The notes under the pieces: model-generated | The model's database searches: none | Told to the model about the DNA's origin: nothing | Seen by the model: the letters and a program-made list of their open reading frames with translations, nothing else | Part shown: positions 47,188 to 56,724 of the stretch, one piece after another | How the letters are laid out: each line of letters starts with the position of its first letter | Position numbering within the stretch: position 1 is the stretch's first letter | Source of the DNA: Thermoplasmata archaeon | GTDB lineage: Archaea > Thermoplasmatota > Thermoplasmata > RBG-16-68-12 > JAFNFQ01 | Length of the DNA stretch: 64,000 bases | Direction of reading: 5' to 3' | Assembly: GCA_041489255.1 (NCBI GenBank) | Contig: JBGPQV010000001.1 | Location: 64,001-128,000, forward strand | Made by a program: the position numbers and the translations under genes

Positions 47188-48213
47188 TCAGCCAATATTG
47201 CCCGCGGAGGAGCGAGACGCAACCAGGTTGATTGCGATCTCGGCCAGGTCGGACGAATAGTGAGCCGTCCTCCCTATGCTCTCGACGACGCCGGCCAAAG
47301 CGAAGACATCCCGGCCTTTCATCGAGCGCATCGCTTCAGTTGTCCGGTTCATTGTCTTGTCGAATTCGTCTATGTCGTCAATCGCGCTGTTCGCATCTTC
47401 CACGCTACCGCTCAATAGCGAGGTGAACGACCTGTCGAACATGCTCAGGGCCTGCGCGCTCGCTGCGTCGAGCGAGTCCATCAGCTTCTTATCCACACCC
47501 TTCTCCATCAAAAGCACGCTGGCGGCGATGCGCTCCGCGTGATCCCCAATGCGCTCAAGGATCTTGGCGGCCTGGCGGTAGGAACTGCTCGTGCCCAGGT
47601 CTATGCCCTGCTTGGCAGCAAGGCCAGCATCCACGAGCATCAGGTTGAACTGCTTCGCGGTCATCCAGAAGAGCCTATCGATGTCCTCGTCCCTCGCTTC
47701 GACATCGCGGGCGAGCGAAAGATTCAGAGTGCGGAGGGCGGTCATCGCCTCCTCGTGCATCGATCTGATGGTGAGATGCATCCGCCTGAGGCACTTCTCC
47801 TGTGAGAACTGTGCGGGATCCGAGAGGTCTTGAATGACTATCGCGTCCTTCGTCTCCTCGAGTATCTCGGGCCCTATCACCATGCGCGTGAACTCCCGCA
47901 CTGCCTTGCGCAGCTCCGGCTCGTGATGGCCTTTGAACTCGACCTCGAGTATCTCGTTGCCCGCGATGTAGGCGGCGATCAGGCGGCGCAGCAGATGCTC
48001 GCGCCTTTCAGGCTTGTCGACAACGACGATCGCCCTTCTCGGTCCCCGTTCCGCGCTCGGCTGGGCTTGGACATACAGTCCGCCGTTCGGAGTCTTCGCG
48101 AAGAACACCATGTCCCCTGCCTTCAAATGTGACTCGGTTACCCAGCGCTTCGGCAAAGTCACGAGGTAGGTCGAACCCCCTGTCATCTGCAACTTCCGTG
48201 CTTCAAGGGTCAT
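47188..48213 (-). CDS. phoU: AbrB/PhoU phosphate uptake regulator
   Basis: RKLQMTGGSTYLVTLPKRW AbrB domain; DEDIDRLF, LERIGDHA PhoU repeats. Confidence 0.92.
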   Translation of the reverse strand: MTLEARKLQMTGGSTYLVTLPKRWVTESHLKAGDMVFFAKTPNGGLYVQAQPSAERGPRRAIVVVDKPERREHLLRRLIAAYIAGNEILEVEFKGHHEPELRKAVREFTRMVIGPEILEETKDAIVIQDLSDPAQFSQEKCLRRMHLTIRSMHEEAMTALRTLNLSLARDVEARDEDIDRLFWMTAKQFNLMLVDAGLAAKQGIDLGTSSSYRQAAKILERIGDHAERIAASVLLMEKGVDKKLMDSLDAASAQALSMFDRSFTSLLSGSVEDANSAIDDIDEFDKTMNRTTEAMRSMKGRDVFALAGVVESIGRTAHYSSDLAEIAINLVASRSSAGNIG

Positions 48214-48401
48214 GTCTACTCATGCCTCCATAATCTTCTCAGTCTGTCTATGGTCTCTGTGGATATAAGCCCTGTCTTTAGAGTGAAATGGAGAACCAGC
48301 GACATTTCCGATTTGCGTCCTTTAGCCAAAGCTTAGTAAGCAACGACACGATGTGAGGAATGCCTGCGTTGCCGCCTTGTCGACAGGCAGAGGAAGGAAA
48401 G

Positions 48402-48584
48402 TTGAACGTCAAAGATATGGAGAAGGTCGACTGCAAGTACTGCGGTGGCATCTTCCCGGTGGCCCAAGCAGTGGTGCTCGACGATGGCGGTGAGTTCAGG
48501 TACTACTGCAGCAGTGATTGCGCGTTCGGGAAATTGGGCCCGAAATCATCGATTCCAAAGCCTGCGATCAGGAGCACCGGTTAA
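48402..48584 (+). CDS. Small TRASH/YHS-like metal-binding protein
   Basis: DCKYCG...YYCSSDC; GAGGAAGGA before TTG 48402. Confidence 0.65.
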   Translation: MNVKDMEKVDCKYCGGIFPVAQAVVLDDGGEFRYYCSSDCAFGKLGPKSSIPKPAIRSTG

Positions 48585-48599
48585 GCTTGAGCCGGCCTC

Positions 48600-49642
48600 T
48601 GATCTCTGAAGTAGCGACGCTTTGCCCAAAGCGAGACGTTCACTGGGTTCATGCGGACGGGTACTTCAATCAAAGGCCCGATCACCGCCGCGAAAGCCTC
48701 GCCTGACGATATCGTGAACACGCCGATTGCGGTGGCTATTGCCAACTTGAAGTTGTTGCTGGCGGCGGTGAAGGCCAGCGTCGCCGTCTCCTCGTACTTG
48801 AAACGAGGCGTTTCGACACGTAGAACGACACCGAGAACATGATGAGGAAGTTCAGGATGAGAGGGACGGCGATTCTCAAGACATCCAAAGGCAGCCCGAT
48901 AATCTTGTCGCCTTTGTAGGAGAACATGATCACGACCGTGAACAGGAGACCGATTATGGACGTCGGCGCCAGCTTCGCCATGAACCTGTTATCGTACCAG
49001 TCCGCCCCCTTGCGCCGCACCAGGAAGAATCTGGTCAAGAAGCCCATGACAAACGGTATCCCCAGGTAGATGAGGACGCTCTCCGCCACTTGAACTATCG
49101 AGACCGACACCTCCATCGAGGCGGTGAGGCCCTCCATCCAACCCGAGAGCAGGGTCACGAAAAACCACGCCATCGGCGAGTAGAATATCATCTAGAAGAC
49201 GCTGTTGAGGCCGACAAGCAGTGCGGCGTACTCGGCGCTGCCCTGTGCCATCGAATTCCAAACCAGAACCATCGCGATGCACCGCGCGAGGCCGATGATG
49301 ATCAGCCCGACCCTGTACTCCGAGGTCCGGCAGGAACAACCATGCGAGGGCGAACATCAGGAAAGGTCTGATAACCCAATTCTGGAGCAGGGATACCGCC
49401 ATCAGCTTTCGGTTCGATGCGAGGCGCGGTATGTCGCCGTAACGCACACGGGCCAGCGGCAGATACATCATCCAGATGAGACCGACCGCGATGGGGATCG
49501 ACATGCGCCCCCAGGAAACGGAATCCAATGTTGAAGGAAGCCCGGGCACCGATGCCCCAAGTGCGATCCCCAACACCACCGCAATGAAAATCCAAAGCGT
49601 TGTGAGCTTGGCGGAGAGTGACATCCGCTGCCTATCGGACAT
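48600..49642 (-). pseudogene. acr3: Acr3 arsenite efflux transporter pseudogene
   Basis: [36 protein letters not shown] spread over different frames; frameshifts ~49321 and ~48804, in-frame TAG 49192-49194. Confidence 0.9.
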
Positions 49643-49771
49643 CGCCAGCTTTGTGCATGAAACCCGCCACGATAAGCATTGTGTCCGGGGGCATTGGGCG
49701 GCATTTGGGGCATTCGCCCCCCGCCAAGCCTTTATACGAATTCAGGACCTTTCCCCGCCGAAGGGGAACCC

Positions 49772-50860
49772 ATGAAGAACAGGGTCAAGCAGATCTATCG
49801 CAACCTCGACAGGGATGTGGACATCGTCGTACTCGCGAATTCGACAGATCCGCATATTGACGCTACCTTCTACTATGCCACGGGGATCACCACAGGTCTT
49901 TTCGAAGGGTGCGCGGCGTTCCTGCATCCGGACGGGCACGTAGATCTACTCGCGTCCCAATTGGAGGAGGAGACGGCCAAGAAGGCGGGACTCCCGGTCA
50001 CGACATTCATGACGAGGAGGCAGCTGATGAGGGGGCTCAGGAATCACCTGGAAGGACACCGCCGGATCGGGCTGAACTTCGAGGAGATCACCCACCACTA
50101 CTACGACCGACTCAGGAAGTTGGCGCCGAAAGCCAGATTTGTCAATGTCTCCGAGGCCGTGAGAGCGGCGCGTTCGGTGAAGGACGAACACGAGCAAGGG
50201 TTGATTGAGAAGGCGTGCAAGATCGCGAGCGAAGCATTCGAGGACCTGATTCCTAGGATCAGGAAAGGCAAGAGGGAGGACGAGCTGGCGGCGGACCTGG
50301 TTTACCTCATGCAGAAGCACGGAGCTGGCGGTGCCTCATTTGAAACCATTGTGGCGTCAGGCCCCAATGGCGCTGAGCCGCATTACACTGCGGGAACAAA
50401 GAAACTCCAGAAAGGCGAGCTCGTCGTGTTTGATTTTGGCGCGAAATATCACAAGTACGTCTCGGACATCACGCGCACAGTCGTTGTCGGCAAGGCGAGC
50501 GAACAACAGAAGCGGATGCACTCGGTCGTCGAGCGAGCGCAAAAGGCTGCCCTCGCGAAGATGCGAAAAGGGGTGAAGGGCGCGGCGGTTGACAAGGCCG
50601 CAAGGGACCTGATCGACAAGACCGAGTTCAAAGGGCGCTTCGTCCACAGTCTAGGTCACAGCATAGGCCTGGCGGTGCACGACGGCGCGGGTCTCGGTCC
50701 CGCAAGCAAGGTGGTGCTCAAGCCGGGCATGATCTTCACGAACGAGCCAGGAGTCTATCTCTCCGGCTACGGCGGCGTCAGGATCGAGGACAACGTCCTC
50801 ATCACGGCCGGCAAGCCGAAGACCCTGACGACCGCGACACGCGAACTCATCGAGGTGTGA
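49772..50860 (+). CDS. pepQ: Xaa-Pro dipeptidase/aminopeptidase (M24B)
   Basis: DFGA, SDITRT, HSLGHSIGLAVHD, TNEPGVY, GVRIED. Confidence 0.92.
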   Translation: MKNRVKQIYRNLDRDVDIVVLANSTDPHIDATFYYATGITTGLFEGCAAFLHPDGHVDLLASQLEEETAKKAGLPVTTFMTRRQLMRGLRNHLEGHRRIGLNFEEITHHYYDRLRKLAPKARFVNVSEAVRAARSVKDEHEQGLIEKACKIASEAFEDLIPRIRKGKREDELAADLVYLMQKHGAGGASFETIVASGPNGAEPHYTAGTKKLQKGELVVFDFGAKYHKYVSDITRTVVVGKASEQQKRMHSVVERAQKAALAKMRKGVKGAAVDKAARDLIDKTEFKGRFVHSLGHSIGLAVHDGAGLGPASKVVLKPGMIFTNEPGVYLSGYGGVRIEDNVLITAGKPKTLTTATRELIEV

Positions 50861-50869
50861 GGTGGTGAA

Positions 50870-52255
50870 GTGAGAGAGCTTGCGAAATCCGCGTTGAGGG
50901 TCTTCGAGAAAGCGGGGGTCGACTTCGGCGACATCAGGACAGAGGAGAGGAAGTCGACCACCATCAGGATTGCGAACGAGCAGTTGCAGGCGCTGTCCTC
51001 GGTTGTCCGCAAGGGGTTCAGCGTCAGGGCGTTCCGCCGAGGGGCTTGGGGATACAGCTCGGGCACGAGCTTCACGCTCGATTCGGTCAAGCACGCAGCC
51101 GAAGCAGCCGCAAGAATCGCCCGCGCCAACTCGACAAAAGGACTGCCCCGCTCCTCCCTCAAGAACATCAAGCCGATGAAGAAGAACCTCAAACCTGCGG
51201 TGAAGATCGACCCCGCGAATATCGGCCTCGACGAGAAGACCGAGCTGGCGATGACGGTGTCGAGAGCGCAGAGAACCGACCCCAAGGTCGCTAGCACATT
51301 CGCGATTTACGGGGAATGGGACTACGCGTTCGAGGTTGCGAACACCGTCGGCACAGACGTTTCCTGGAGAGAGATGCGGACGCGGATTGGCGGTCAGGCC
51401 GTCGCTGCCGAAGGGGATAAGAGAGACTTCGCGTACGATTTCACTGATGGGACTGGCGGGTACGAGATAGTCAAAGCCGTCGACCCGAACGAGATGGGCA
51501 AGACAATTGCGAGGGAGGCAATCGAGCTCCTCACCGCCAAGAAACCGCCGAGTGGCATGATGACGGTCATCACAGACCCCGACATATCCGGACTCCTCGC
51601 TCATGAGGTCATGGGGCATGCCTCAGAGGGGGACGAGATAACGAAGCGCCGTTCGTTCCTCACGGACATCGTTGGCAAGAAGGTTGGTTCACCCCTCGTG
51701 ACAATGTATGATGACGGTAAATATCCTGCCGCGCATGGAACGATCCCATTCGATTGCGAGGGCACGCCGGGTCATAAGACCAAAATCATCGACCGCGGCG
51801 TCTACGCGGGCTACATGCACAGCCTGGAAACCTCAGGCACGTTGAAGATGCCTTTGACCGGGAACGGGCGGGCGGAGAACTACAGCCGCCGTGTCTGGGT
51901 CAGGATGACCAACACCTACTTCGCCCCGGGTGACGACAAGTTCGATGAGATCGTCGAGGAAACGAAGGACGGCCTGCTGACGCATAAGTCGATCAGCGGC
52001 ATGGAGGACCCGGTCGGCGGCGGCTTTCAGGCGGTGGCGCTCATGGGTCACCTTGTGAAGAATGGAGAAATCGGCCCCGCGGTCAGAGGGATGACCCTCA
52101 CTGGCAAGGCACTGGAGATCCTGAAGAGCGTTGACATGGCCTCCAGGGAGTTCAAGCTCTCGGGCGGCTTCTGTGGGAAGGGAGAGGAGGACTACGTCCC
52201 TGTCTCCAGTGGCGGGCCTTACATGAGATCCAAGATAATCGTGGGAGGCGGATAG
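50870..52255 (+). CDS. tldD: TldD-family metalloprotease subunit
   Basis: HEVMGHASEGD zinc motif, TGNGRA, RMTNT, CGK. Confidence 0.93.
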   Translation: MRELAKSALRVFEKAGVDFGDIRTEERKSTTIRIANEQLQALSSVVRKGFSVRAFRRGAWGYSSGTSFTLDSVKHAAEAAARIARANSTKGLPRSSLKNIKPMKKNLKPAVKIDPANIGLDEKTELAMTVSRAQRTDPKVASTFAIYGEWDYAFEVANTVGTDVSWREMRTRIGGQAVAAEGDKRDFAYDFTDGTGGYEIVKAVDPNEMGKTIAREAIELLTAKKPPSGMMTVITDPDISGLLAHEVMGHASEGDEITKRRSFLTDIVGKKVGSPLVTMYDDGKYPAAHGTIPFDCEGTPGHKTKIIDRGVYAGYMHSLETSGTLKMPLTGNGRAENYSRRVWVRMTNTYFAPGDDKFDEIVEETKDGLLTHKSISGMEDPVGGGFQAVALMGHLVKNGEIGPAVRGMTLTGKALEILKSVDMASREFKLSGGFCGKGEEDYVPVSSGGPYMRSKIIVGGG

Positions 52256-53638
52256 ATGACGCTGCTCTCTCTAGCCGATGACGCGGTGAAGAAAGCACTC
52301 GCCGCGGGAGCTCAAGCTGCCGAAGCGTTCGCCATGACCTACCGCACGAAGTCCGTCTACATCGAGCAGGATGTGCCCAAGGTGGCCGAGGAACGGACGG
52401 AGGCGGGAATCGGCCTCAAGGTCGCTGTGGGGAAACGTGTTGCATTCACATCGGCGAGCCTTGAAGGTCAAAAGGATGTGCGGGCCGCCACTGCGACAGC
52501 CATGAAAGCCGTCAAGATGGTCCCCGAGGACCCAGACTTCCCCGGCTTCACCTCTTTCAGGGTCATGGGGAAGGTGGAGAAGACCCATGACGCGAAGACG
52601 GCGGAGACTCCTGTCGAGGAACTCGTCGAGATTGCACTCGAACTGACTGCGGCGGGCAAGGTCCGAAAAGATGTCACGGTCCCTAAAGGGATTTTCCGCG
52701 TGCAGGACTATGAGCTCAGGGTGGCGAACTCGGAAGGGGCCGAAGGTTCACACCGCGGCACCCTTGTATTCCTCTATTTCACCGCCAAGAGTGGCACGAG
52801 GACCAGGGCGGGCGAGGGGATAATCAAGAGCTTGGGAGTCTCGCTATCGCAGCAGGACTTCCAAGCGATCGGCAAGAGGCTGGGTGCTCGATCGGTGGAG
52901 AACCTGGAGGCCTCCGCCCTCCGCGAGAAAATCGCGGGAACCGTTGTCATGGACCCGCTCGATCTCGGCGAGATGTTGATCCAGACCGTCGGCTCCGCCG
53001 TCAATGCGGAGGATGTGAGGAGGAAGAGGAGCCCATGGCAGGACAAGAAGGGTCAGAAGGTTGCATCTGAGGGGCTCAACATCGCCGACATGCCCCGCCT
53101 GCCGGCAGGGCTGTGCTCCTGCGCGGTAGACGACGAGGGCAACCCGACCGCAGACAGGCCCCTGGTGGCGGATGGGATCCTGCGCGACTTCGTCCACGAT
53201 CACTACAACGCTGCCATCCTCGGCGGAAAGGGCGGGAACGCGTTCCGCAGGGCTGTCGCCACCGTCGAAGGGGCTTACGCCCGGCCTGCTCAGTGCAGCA
53301 TCAGCAACCTTGTCGTTGAACCGGGGACGCAATCGCTGGACGAGATCATCGGTTCGGTGCAGAAAGGGGTCTATATCGAGAAGCTCGCGGCGCCCGAGGT
53401 CAACCAGTTCAGCGGGGCGTTCGCCCTCGAGGTCAGGAACGCGGCGATCATAGAGAAAGGCGAACTCAAGGACCACGTGAAGTACGCCCTTCTGGTCGGG
53501 AACATGTTCGAGGGCTTGAAGAACGTCGCCGCGACGGGGAGAGAGCTGCGTCCGAGCCACGGCTTCCTGACCGCCACAGGCTGCTGCTACCTGCCGCCAA
53601 TGGCATTTAATGGATTCGAGCTGGTCGGACAGAAGTAG
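52256..53638 (+). CDS. pmbA: PmbA/TldE-family partner subunit
   Basis: DDEG, GNA, SNL motifs and no HExxxH; directly after tldD. Confidence 0.9.
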   Translation: MTLLSLADDAVKKALAAGAQAAEAFAMTYRTKSVYIEQDVPKVAEERTEAGIGLKVAVGKRVAFTSASLEGQKDVRAATATAMKAVKMVPEDPDFPGFTSFRVMGKVEKTHDAKTAETPVEELVEIALELTAAGKVRKDVTVPKGIFRVQDYELRVANSEGAEGSHRGTLVFLYFTAKSGTRTRAGEGIIKSLGVSLSQQDFQAIGKRLGARSVENLEASALREKIAGTVVMDPLDLGEMLIQTVGSAVNAEDVRRKRSPWQDKKGQKVASEGLNIADMPRLPAGLCSCAVDDEGNPTADRPLVADGILRDFVHDHYNAAILGGKGGNAFRRAVATVEGAYARPAQCSISNLVVEPGTQSLDEIIGSVQKGVYIEKLAAPEVNQFSGAFALEVRNAAIIEKGELKDHVKYALLVGNMFEGLKNVAATGRELRPSHGFLTATGCCYLPPMAFNGFELVGQK

Positions 53639-53669
53639 CTGTCACTGAGAATCGGCGAATCCTGGGACA

Positions 53670-53830
53670 CCTGATAGGCTTCATCACATCAAGTGCGATG
53701 TGAAAACACATCTCACCCGAAGATGTCAAAGAAGTAGTGGGCCCCATCCCCCCTCAGGACGGGGCCAGACGCGAAAGCGCCCTCCTCGACGCCCATATCA
53801 GGCAACCTCTCCCCTCTCCCCTTTTTTTGA
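53670..53830 (+). ncRNA. Candidate structured RNA (multi-branch) with pyrimidine/U-tract end
   Basis: Closing stem CCTGATA/TATCAGG around four hairpins including a C-GAAA-G loop; ends CTTTTTTT; strand uncertain. Confidence 0.4.
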
Positions 53831-54108
53831 GCCTGCCTGTTCCCTATTATGGATGGGCTAGCTACGTATATAACAGGTATCTGGTGTTCACCACGCGATT
53901 TACCACTTACCAATCCGGTTGCCAATCCTCCCTTACGCGCCTCCCTTCCAGAGTGTTATCAAAAGGGGAATCATTGCTCGATACATATATATCACGGTAT
54001 CCTTATGAAATGGCGAGTGTGGCGATGAGGGTTTCCCCTCCCCTCCCCCCAGCAGTTGCAGCGCTCCATGAAGCACCGCCAAAGACGTCCATTCATGGAA
54101 ACGTCAAG

Positions 54109-54138
54109 GCGAAGCGAGTTCCAGCGAAGCGAGTTCCA
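54109..54138. repeat. Exact 15-bp tandem duplication
   Basis: GCGAAGCGAGTTCCA x2. Confidence 0.9.
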
Positions 54139-54153
54139 GACGGAGTGGCGGCG

Positions 54154-54696
54154 CTGGTCATCCAGTTCATTTTCGGAAGAAAGAAGAAGAGCTCGCCCCC
54201 CAGCGACCATGTCATCCCGACAGTGCCGTGGATCAAGATGGAGCCCGGCAGCACCTACCTCCTGCCCACTGACAAGCCGGACATGGCGTTCAAGATTTTC
54301 ACCAAGGAGGTCAGCAATGGCGCCTCCGGCATGATCATCACGCGCCTGCATCCCGGGGAAGTCAAAGCGAGATTCAGCGTCGGTTCCAGCCCGATCCACT
54401 GGCTCAGCCGGGCCTTCACGAAGGAGAGCATGAGCCCGACGAACTTGGGGGCGGTGGCAGAGCAGATAGAGGGCTTCGTATCCAAGAACAACAACCCACT
54501 GGTCCTGCTCGACGGCATCGAATACCTGATCGTCCAGAACGACCTGCAGAAGGTCGTGAGGTTCATCTCCTCCGTCCGCGACAGCGTCGCCGTGCACAGC
54601 GCGCGGATGGTCATACCGTTCAACATGCAGAGCGTGGACGAGAGCGGGCGGGTCCTCATAAGCCGCGACCTTCACGTGATCAAGTGGAATGATTAA
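54154..54696 (+). CDS. DUF835 (inactive KaiC-like) domain protein
   Basis: GMIITRLHP, HWLS, SPTNL, VLLDGIEYLIVQN; start uncertain (ATG 54010, GTG 54145 or CTG 54154). Confidence 0.85.
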   Translation: MVIQFIFGRKKKSSPPSDHVIPTVPWIKMEPGSTYLLPTDKPDMAFKIFTKEVSNGASGMIITRLHPGEVKARFSVGSSPIHWLSRAFTKESMSPTNLGAVAEQIEGFVSKNNNPLVLLDGIEYLIVQNDLQKVVRFISSVRDSVAVHSARMVIPFNMQSVDESGRVLISRDLHVIKWND

Positions 54697-55443
54697 ATGA
54701 ACGCAGATGATTCGCCCTCCCCGCCAATGAGGTTCTACAGGACCTACGTGCAGGGATTCGACGAGGCTTTGGGCGGCGGCATCCCCAAGGGGCACGTCAT
54801 ACTCGTCTCGGGGCCGCCGGGCACGATGAAGTCCTCGCTCGCCTACAGCATCCTCTACCAGAACGCGATCAGGGAGGACGTCAAGGGCGCCTACCTCACC
54901 CTCGAGCAGGGCAAGTCCAGCCTCGAGTTTCAGCTGAGCCGAATGGGGATGGACATGGAGAGGGTCGAGGACCGGGTTCAGATACAAGACCTCTCCCGCA
55001 TAAGGCTGGGCATGGAGGAGCTGCGCGGCAAGGCCCGATTCGGGACTCCGGCTGAGAGGCCGTGGCTCGACGTGCTGAAGAGACACATCGAGGATGTGAA
55101 GGAAGGTCACCCTTTCGAGCTGCTGGCCCTTGATTCGCTCCCTGTGCTCGAAATCATCTCGGGCTTAAGGGAGAGACGCATCAACCTGTTCCAGTTCTTC
55201 GGCTGGCTGAAGGGATTGGGGTGCACGAGCTTCGTCATTTCCGAGGTCTCGCCGGATCCGAACACCGTGCACGACGAGGATTTCCTCGCGGACGGTCTGC
55301 TCTACCTGACGATGGAGAAGGTCGGAGGGCTCGACGTCTACCGCCGCATGAGGTGCGTGAAGATGCGCGGGGTGAACCACAGTACGGGCATCTACACGCT
55401 CGAGTTCAAGGAAGGCGGCTTCAAGGTCAGCCAGGTCATCTGA
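54697..55443 (+). CDS. Single-domain KaiC/RecA-superfamily ATPase
   Basis: GFDEALGGGIP, Walker A variant GPPGTMKSS, YLTLEQ, ALDSL, FLADG, VKMRG. Confidence 0.92.
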   Translation: MNADDSPSPPMRFYRTYVQGFDEALGGGIPKGHVILVSGPPGTMKSSLAYSILYQNAIREDVKGAYLTLEQGKSSLEFQLSRMGMDMERVEDRVQIQDLSRIRLGMEELRGKARFGTPAERPWLDVLKRHIEDVKEGHPFELLALDSLPVLEIISGLRERRINLFQFFGWLKGLGCTSFVISEVSPDPNTVHDEDFLADGLLYLTMEKVGGLDVYRRMRCVKMRGVNHSTGIYTLEFKEGGFKVSQVI

Positions 55444-56650
55444 CGTCAGACTCGTGGACTGCCTTCAGGTACCGCATGAGTGCGCGTTCCTCCGCCGTGA
55501 GTCCCTCTCCACTGATTTCCTCGTCCGCATATTCCGACAGCAACTTGATCTCCAGCGGGTTTCCTCTTGCGAGCCTGTATGCCTTGCTGAACTCCTGCTC
55601 GTCCAGTTGAGGCGCGATCCTGCGGCACGAGTCCCTGTCGAGACCGCGTAGCTGCAGCTCCTCGAGGAGCTGTTGACCCTTCATGCCCCGGCCCCAGTGC
55701 GGCATCGTCCTGGCGGTGACCAATATCTGGTTTCCCGTGGCTGCCGCCGCCTCGATCAGGGCATGGGCCACATCCCCGACGTCCTCCAGTTCGCCGAGCA
55801 GGTCATCGATCGCGAACAGGGCCCCGAGGTCGATCAGGGATGCTTCGAGCTTCTTCCCCAGTTCCTCGATCCCGTCATGCTCTTCGATTGTGAACTCGAC
55901 CTTCCCCAGTTCGCGCAGGAAATCGGACAGGGCTCCGGCAAGCCTGTCCGCCGTCGTGGCAGGCTTGATGGAGAACCAGAAAACCGGCCTCCTGCCCTCG
56001 AGGGAGGCGACCGCTTGAAGCGCCAGGACCGTCTTCCCGATCCCTCTGGTCCCGGTGATGACCATGACCGGCGGTTTCTTCAGCTGCAGCCACGAGCGGA
56101 CCTTCTTGAGTTCGTCGGCCCTGCCGTGGAACGGGGCCTCGGCGGGCGCTCCAATGATGTGGCTTACAGCCTCGACCTCCTTCTTCTTCGCCTTGGCTTT
56201 GAAGACGTCGAGGACGTTGCGTTCGTCCAGCGCCGCCAGCATCGCCGTGTATGTCCTTGGCGGCAGGAGAAGCTTCCTTGCCTCGCCTGCGGGTAGCTCC
56301 CGCAACCTCTGGCGGGAATCGCGAACCGAAACGAGAGTCTCGCCGATCCTGCCGTAGATGTTGTTCGCAACCGCCATCCCCTCCGCGGTGATGAGGTAGA
56401 TCTTCTTGCGCCTGATTTCCCCCTTCACCCTCGCGGTGGCTTCCCTGATGAAGCCCTGCTTCTGAAGCGTCTTCGCCGCCCTGGAGACGTGGTTGACGAG
56501 GATGCCGAGGGCGTTCGCGATTCCGTCCTGCGTCATCGGCGCGGGGATGTCGATCGTGTGGCTGGCGGAACCGCTCTCCTTGAGGTGTAGGAGTATCCTC
56601 TCGTTCACCGTGAAGAGGCGCTTGTCAAGGCGAGATTCATCCCTGGCCAT
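55436..56650 (-). CDS. Winged-helix + STAND-like P-loop NTPase regulator
   Basis: TQDGIANALGI...VSRAAKTL wHTH; FHGRADEL, GTRGIGKT, AIDD, GNPL. Confidence 0.85.
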   Translation of the reverse strand: MARDESRLDKRLFTVNERILLHLKESGSASHTIDIPAPMTQDGIANALGILVNHVSRAAKTLQKQGFIREATARVKGEIRRKKIYLITAEGMAVANNIYGRIGETLVSVRDSRQRLRELPAGEARKLLLPPRTYTAMLAALDERNVLDVFKAKAKKKEVEAVSHIIGAPAEAPFHGRADELKKVRSWLQLKKPPVMVITGTRGIGKTVLALQAVASLEGRRPVFWFSIKPATTADRLAGALSDFLRELGKVEFTIEEHDGIEELGKKLEASLIDLGALFAIDDLLGELEDVGDVAHALIEAAAATGNQILVTARTMPHWGRGMKGQQLLEELQLRGLDRDSCRRIAPQLDEQEFSKAYRLARGNPLEIKLLSEYADEEISGEGLTAEERALMRYLKAVHESDVR

Positions 56651-56724
56651 CTTGCTCAGGCTGTCGATGCGGCGTGCCGAATAAAAAGCTATCGCGCTAA
56701 CTGCGCGTGCCGCGAATCTCTGGC

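Noticed and set aside
48243-48268. Weak periodic TCTGTCTATG/TCTCTGTG repeats upstream of phoU (possible Pho box)
   Set aside because: Too degenerate to support without comparative data
53670-53780. CTGAT...GAAA suggestive of a hammerhead ribozyme
   Set aside because: Core is CUGAUAG rather than CUGANGA, and the stems do not fit hammerhead topology
53737-54009. Extended N-terminus of ORF 53737..54696
   Set aside because: Runs through a terminator-like tract and TATA boxes; not protein-like
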